A stretch of 40,017 nt of DNA from a virus (Duplodnaviria; Caudoviricetes): the IMG/VR virus record IMGVR_UViG_3300037482_000312, positions 1-40,017 of that record. One strand, written 5' to 3'. A program made the translations under genes and the position numbers. Positions 36,149 through 40,017 of the stretch are shown in pieces; the first letter of the stretch is position 1, and each line of letters begins with the position of its first letter. Under the pieces are notes generated by a model. The model did not search any database. It worked only from the letters and a program-made list of their open reading frames with translations, and was not told where the DNA came from.

Positions 36149-36411
36149 CGGCGGGGGAGGTTGCCTCGATCCTGCGGGCGATCGGCGCGATCGAGGAATC
36201 CGTGTCGAACCTGGACAAGCGGGTGACGGCGTTGAAGGGGTCTCTGGACGATGTGAAGGGGCGGCTGTCGGACCGGGAGCACGCGGACATGGAGGCGCGG
36301 GCGCGTGCGGCGGGGCGGATGGACGTCGTGCGGTGGGGGCTGGCGCTCTACCGGAGCGACATGGCGCGCTGGGTTGCGGTGGGGGTGGCGGTGTTCCTGG
36401 GGACGCGCTGA
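36145..36411 (+). CDS. coiled-coil protein with C-terminal TM helix
   Basis: GTGA-coupled; IEESVSNLDKRV...; WVAVGVAVFLG. Confidence 0.6.
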   Translation: MTAGEVASILRAIGAIEESVSNLDKRVTALKGSLDDVKGRLSDREHADMEARARAAGRMDVVRWGLALYRSDMARWVAVGVAVFLGTR

Positions 36412-36445
36412 ACCTCCCTCGGCGCCCTCTGCGGACGATGGCTGG

Positions 36446-36706
36446 GTGAACGGGACGTGGTACGCGGTGACGTGGACGAGGTACGGGCAGAAGTACCTGA
36501 TCGACTGCGACACGCAGGAGATGGCGTTGGAGCTGAGCACGCGGCTGGCGGGGCAGCGTGGGGCGGTGGCGATCGCCGTCCAGGCTGTGGAGGAGCGGCA
36601 CATCGACGCGGAGCAGCGGGAGCGTGTGCGGGAGCGCATCTGGCAGCGGCTTTACGAGCAGGAGTACATCGTGCCGTTGCGGGAAGCGGTGGGAGCGAGG
36701 ACGTGA
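36446..36706 (+). CDS. hypothetical protein (start uncertain)
   Basis: Genome-typical codons; GTGA-coupled to the next gene. Confidence 0.45.
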   Translation: MNGTWYAVTWTRYGQKYLIDCDTQEMALELSTRLAGQRGAVAIAVQAVEERHIDAEQRERVRERIWQRLYEQEYIVPLREAVGART

Positions 36707-37095
36707 AGAGGGTAGAGGGGAGAGCGGAGAGTGAAGCGCGGAGAGCGGAGAGCTGGTATCCCCGCGACGGCATGCTCGGCCTCGGAGACGACCACTGGCT
36801 TCGCTTCTCGGCATGGGCGCCAGATCGGGCAATCCGGGAGAACGCGGAGCGCTATCAGAACACGCCCGATATCGCGCGCGCCGGTGCAACGATCCTCCAT
36901 CGGAGCAAAGGGGCAGACGGGACCCCAGTAGGGGAGGACTGCATCGGAAGTATCCTTTTCGATGTCCCTGGCTCACCGCTGCAGGGCCCAAAGTGGGCGG
37001 TGGAAAGCTGGGAGCCCCTCACGCTCAGCCCCTCGATTGCCTGCTCGTGCGGGGATCACGGGTTCATTCGGCAGGGACGCTGGGTGCCGGCGTGA
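36703..37095 (+). CDS. DUF6527-like protein
   Basis: W....EPLTLSPSIACSCGDHGFIRQGRW. Confidence 0.65.
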   Translation: MKRVEGRAESEARRAESWYPRDGMLGLGDDHWLRFSAWAPDRAIRENAERYQNTPDIARAGATILHRSKGADGTPVGEDCIGSILFDVPGSPLQGPKWAVESWEPLTLSPSIACSCGDHGFIRQGRWVPA

Positions 37096-37208
37096 TCGGA
37101 ATGCTGTGGGACGCGTTCGTGGTCGGGTTGGGCGTTGGGACGGGCGCGGCGCTCGGGGTGTCGGGCGTCATCGCGGGCTGGCGGCGGGCGTTCGGGGTGT
37201 GGCCGTGA
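37092..37208 (+). CDS. small membrane peptide
   Basis: GTGA-coupled, Gly-rich TM helix. Confidence 0.45.
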   Translation: MIGMLWDAFVVGLGVGTGAALGVSGVIAGWRRAFGVWP

Positions 37209-37260
37209 AGAGTGAAGAGCGGCGAGCGGAGAGGGGAGATCGGAGAGCAGGGAGCGGAGC

Positions 37261-38091
37261 ATGAGTCCCCCGCATCTGAACTGTGTGGACATGTCGAAGT
37301 GGTCGGGCGAGTTGACGGCCGCGGAAGTGGCGTGCATGAAGGCCGCGGGGATCCGGAAGATCCTCGTCGGAACGGGCAACCCTGCGCCCGGCGGGGCGGG
37401 GCAGTGGGCCCGGCAGCAGGCGGCGTCGGCGCTGGCCCACGGTCTGATCGTGGACGCCTACATCTACTTGTACCTGGCGAAGGCGCCCGGGACGCAAACG
37501 CGGATCGCGATGGGGACGCTGAAGGGGCTGCCGATCGGGCGCTGGTGGTTGGACGCGGAGGATATGGAGTCGCCGGAGCTCTCGCCGCAGCAGCGGGTGA
37601 GTTACCTGGCGGCCTGCGCGGACATCGTGGCGGAGGCGGGCGGGCGAGCGGGCATCTACACAGGGCGCTGGTGGTGGGTGCCGAACACGGGGGACTCGCG
37701 GTGGCTCATGCACCTGCCGCTGTGGAACGCGTGGTTCGACGGGGACCCGGACACGGACGGGCTGCCGTATGGCGGCTGGACCGATTCGCTGATCGAGCAG
37801 TACCAGGGGACGACGGTGGTCTGTGGGCAGAGCGTGGACCTGAACTACGACAAGAGCCTGGTCGAGGAGGACGAGATGACCGATGAGGAGTTCGCCGCGC
37901 GGATGGCAAAGGTGGGGAAGGACCGTGGTTGGTGGGACGACCTGGGCCCGGTAGACAAGAGTCTGCGCGACGGGCTGACGATTCGCAACGCTCTCAGGAA
38001 GTTGGCGGACGACCAGGACATACCGCGGTCGCTGCTGCAGAAGGCACTGGCCGGCGCCCTCGCGGCGCTGGTGGAAAACACGGAGGAGTAG
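37261..38091 (+). CDS. endolysin, GH25-like muramidase
   Basis: VDMSKW, WLDAE (DxE), GIYT..WW, PLW.A, QY.G, VDLN. Confidence 0.85.
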   Translation: MSPPHLNCVDMSKWSGELTAAEVACMKAAGIRKILVGTGNPAPGGAGQWARQQAASALAHGLIVDAYIYLYLAKAPGTQTRIAMGTLKGLPIGRWWLDAEDMESPELSPQQRVSYLAACADIVAEAGGRAGIYTGRWWWVPNTGDSRWLMHLPLWNAWFDGDPDTDGLPYGGWTDSLIEQYQGTTVVCGQSVDLNYDKSLVEEDEMTDEEFAARMAKVGKDRGWWDDLGPVDKSLRDGLTIRNALRKLADDQDIPRSLLQKALAGALAALVENTEE

Positions 38092-38094
38092 GTA

Positions 38095-38319
38095 ATGAAG
38101 GAGACAGTGATGACGAAGATCCAGCTTGGGTTGATCGTGGTCGGTTCGGCGGTGGTCTTCCAGGCGGGGACAGCGCTGGCGGGACTCTCCGTGGACGACC
38201 TGGCGGACCCGAAGAGCTGGGCGATCGGAGCCGCGGTGGGTATCGCGAACAGCGTGGGCGTGGCGATCGTCGCCTTGAAGACCGCCGGCGGGTTGTCGGC
38301 GAGCACCGGAGGGGACTGA
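38095..38319 (+). CDS. holin candidate
   Basis: 74 aa, two TM helices, directly after the endolysin; two possible starts (38095, 38110). Confidence 0.6.
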   Translation: MKETVMTKIQLGLIVVGSAVVFQAGTALAGLSVDDLADPKSWAIGAAVGIANSVGVAIVALKTAGGLSASTGGD

Positions 38320-38320
38320 C

Positions 38321-38725
38321 ATGGCAGGTTCAAAGTCGGATTTCCTGGAGAACGAGATTCTCGACCACGTGCTGGGGAACGCGGCCTACTCGGCGCCGGC
38401 GACGGTGTATGTCGGCCTGTTCACGGCGGCGCCCACGGATGCGGGCGGCGGGACGGAGGTCACGGGCGGGTCGTACGCCAGGGTGGCGGTCACGAACAAC
38501 GCCACGAACTGGCCGGCGGCTTCGGGTGGCGCCAAGTCGAACGGCGCAGCGGTCACGTTCCCGACGGCGACGGCGAGCTGGGGCACGGTGCTGGCGTTCG
38601 GGATCTTCGACGCGGTGTCGGCCGGCAACCTGCTGTACTGGGCGGACCTGACCGTCAGCAAGGCGGTTGGCGACGGCGATACGGCTGAGTTCGCGATCGG
38701 GGACATCGACATTACCGAGGACTAA
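38321..38725 (+). CDS. conserved virion/tail-fibre-associated protein
   Basis: SDFLEN..LDH...YVGLFTAAP...EV.GGSYAR...FP.AT..WG...GIFDA...GNLL...GD..F..G. Confidence 0.75.
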   Translation: MAGSKSDFLENEILDHVLGNAAYSAPATVYVGLFTAAPTDAGGGTEVTGGSYARVAVTNNATNWPAASGGAKSNGAAVTFPTATASWGTVLAFGIFDAVSAGNLLYWADLTVSKAVGDGDTAEFAIGDIDITED

Positions 38726-38726
38726 A

Positions 38727-38999
38727 GTGGCGAGCTGCCCGGGCAACGGCGAGGAGCACTGCTGCTGGATTGCCGGGGAGCAGTGCGCGTTCCTGGAGGA
38801 GGGGACGGTGTCGGGGCGTCGCTGGGCCTGCGGGCTGCGGCGCGAGCTGGGATCGTGGGAGGCGGTACACGGCGACGCGCGCTACGTGGAAGCGGTTCAG
38901 CCGTTCTGGGATAGCCGGCCCGACCTCGGGCCGGGGTGCGGCGACTGGCCGCTGCCTGGCATGACCTGCGCGACCTGCGGGGTGAGCGGCGATGGCTGA
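38727..38999 (+). CDS. Cys-rich hypothetical protein
   Basis: CPG...HCCW...C.FL...WAC...CGDWP...CATCG. Confidence 0.6.
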   Translation: MASCPGNGEEHCCWIAGEQCAFLEEGTVSGRRWACGLRRELGSWEAVHGDARYVEAVQPFWDSRPDLGPGCGDWPLPGMTCATCGVSGDG

Positions 39000-40017
39000 T
39001 CTCGGCGAGCTGATCCTTGGATTGTTCACGCCCGTCAGCAACACGGCGATCACGGGCGCGGAGCCGGTGCTGCAGGCGATCGGTTCGCCGGACGACGCCA
39101 AGAACGTCCACGACACGGCGAACACGACGCACACGGGCGAGGCGAGCTTCGCGCTGGGTGACATGCCCGGCGACTTCGGCAACATGGACACGCTCAGCAT
39201 CCAGCTTCGCTACGGATTCGACACTGCCCCCTCGCTGAACACGTGGGATTCGCTGCGGGCGCGGGTGTTCAAGGCGGACGGGATCACGCCGCTGACGAAC
39301 CAGGCGACGGTTGCCTCGAGCATCACGGCGACGACGCCCACGAACTCCAGCGTGATCGGGTTCACGGGCGTGGACACGGCCGCGACCAAGGAAGAGTGGG
39401 ATGCCGCAGTCGTCCACGTCTACTTCTTCATCAGCAAGACGAAGGGCGGCGACAGCGCCGAGGAGCGGGTCTACGCGGCATCGCTCACGGGGACGTACAC
39501 GGTGGCCGCGACGATTGTCTCGCTGGCGGGCGCCTCCGCGGGCGTTGCGGCGGTGTCCGGTGCGCTTTCAGTGGAGCGGCCCCTGTCCGGGGCAGTCACT
39601 GGCGTCGCGGCTGTCAGCGGCGCCCTCACGGTGGAGCATCCGCTGGCGGGTAGCAGCGCAGGGGTGGCGAGTGTCAGCGGCGCCCTGACGGTCACGGGTG
39701 GCGGAGAAGTATCGCTCGCCGGTGTGGTTACCGGCAGCGCCGGGGTGACGGGCGAGCTGACGGTGGAGCACTCCCTGGCCGGCAGCTCTGCGGGCGGGAG
39801 CACGGTCACGGGGTCGCTGTCGGTCACGCGGGGGCTTGCGGGGACTGTAAGCGGTGTGGCGGCCGTCGCCGGGAACCTGGAGATGTCGCTGAGGCTGGCC
39901 GGGGTGTCCGCCGGTGGGGCGGCGGTGTCCGGTGCGCTTTCAGTGGAGCGGCCCCTGTCCGGGGCAGTCACTGGCGTCGCGGCTGTCAGCGGCGCCCTCA
40001 CGGTGGAGCATCCGCTG
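38992..40017 (+). CDS. repeat-rich virion protein, N-terminal part (missing from the ORF track because it runs off the end)
   Basis: Open from ATG 38992 (MADLGELILG...) to the window end; ~20-aa LAG-x3-G-x-A-x-V-x-G-x-L repeats. Confidence 0.8.
   Translation, partial: MADLGELILGLFTPVSNTAITGAEPVLQAIGSPDDAKNVHDTANTTHTGEASFALGDMPGDFGNMDTLSIQLRYGFDTAPSLNTWDSLRARVFKADGITPLTNQATVASSITATTPTNSSVIGFTGVDTAATKEEWDAAVVHVYFFISKTKGGDSAEERVYAASLTGTYTVAATIVSLAGASAGVAAVSGALSVERPLSGAVTGVAAVSGALTVEHPLAGSSAGVASVSGALTVTGGGEVSLAGVVTGSAGVTGELTVEHSLAGSSAGGSTVTGSLSVTRGLAGTVSGVAAVAGNLEMSLRLAGVSAGGAAVSGALSVERPLSGAVTGVAAVSGALTVEHPL
39547..40017 (+). repeat. 372-bp tandem unit (39547-39918) followed by the first 99 bp of a second copy
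   Basis: 39919-40017 = 39547-39645 exactly; 39823-39921 = 1-99 exactly. Confidence 0.9.

Overview
Essentially complete ~40 kb genome of a high-GC temperate siphovirus-like phage with an HK97-type head, assembled as a circle and opened inside a repeat-containing virion gene. Order: accessory/leftward genes (959-2278), a CI/Cro-like switch (2680-3343), and a long translationally coupled early operon (HTH and Zn-finger proteins, J-domain protein, replication initiator with iterons, VRR-NUC, DUF5131, DUF4326) ending in a large serine integrase. Then packaging (HNH, TerS, inserted HNH, TerL), portal/Clp protease/capsid, tail with a -1 frameshift chaperone and tape measure, lysis, and a second block of virion-like genes. 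Most unusual features: (1) about two dozen purine-rich heptamer tandem-repeat tracts, all on the + strand, mostly at stop/start junctions; (2) a probable attP with a tRNA-3'-end-like core inside the 3' end of the integrase; (3) two outward-facing paralogous Zn-finger genes that both end in PEQFR and bracket a captured gene fragment; (4) a 372-bp in-frame tandem unit in the terminal virion gene. All family assignments come from motif recognition by eye, not database searches. The host cannot be determined from the sequence.
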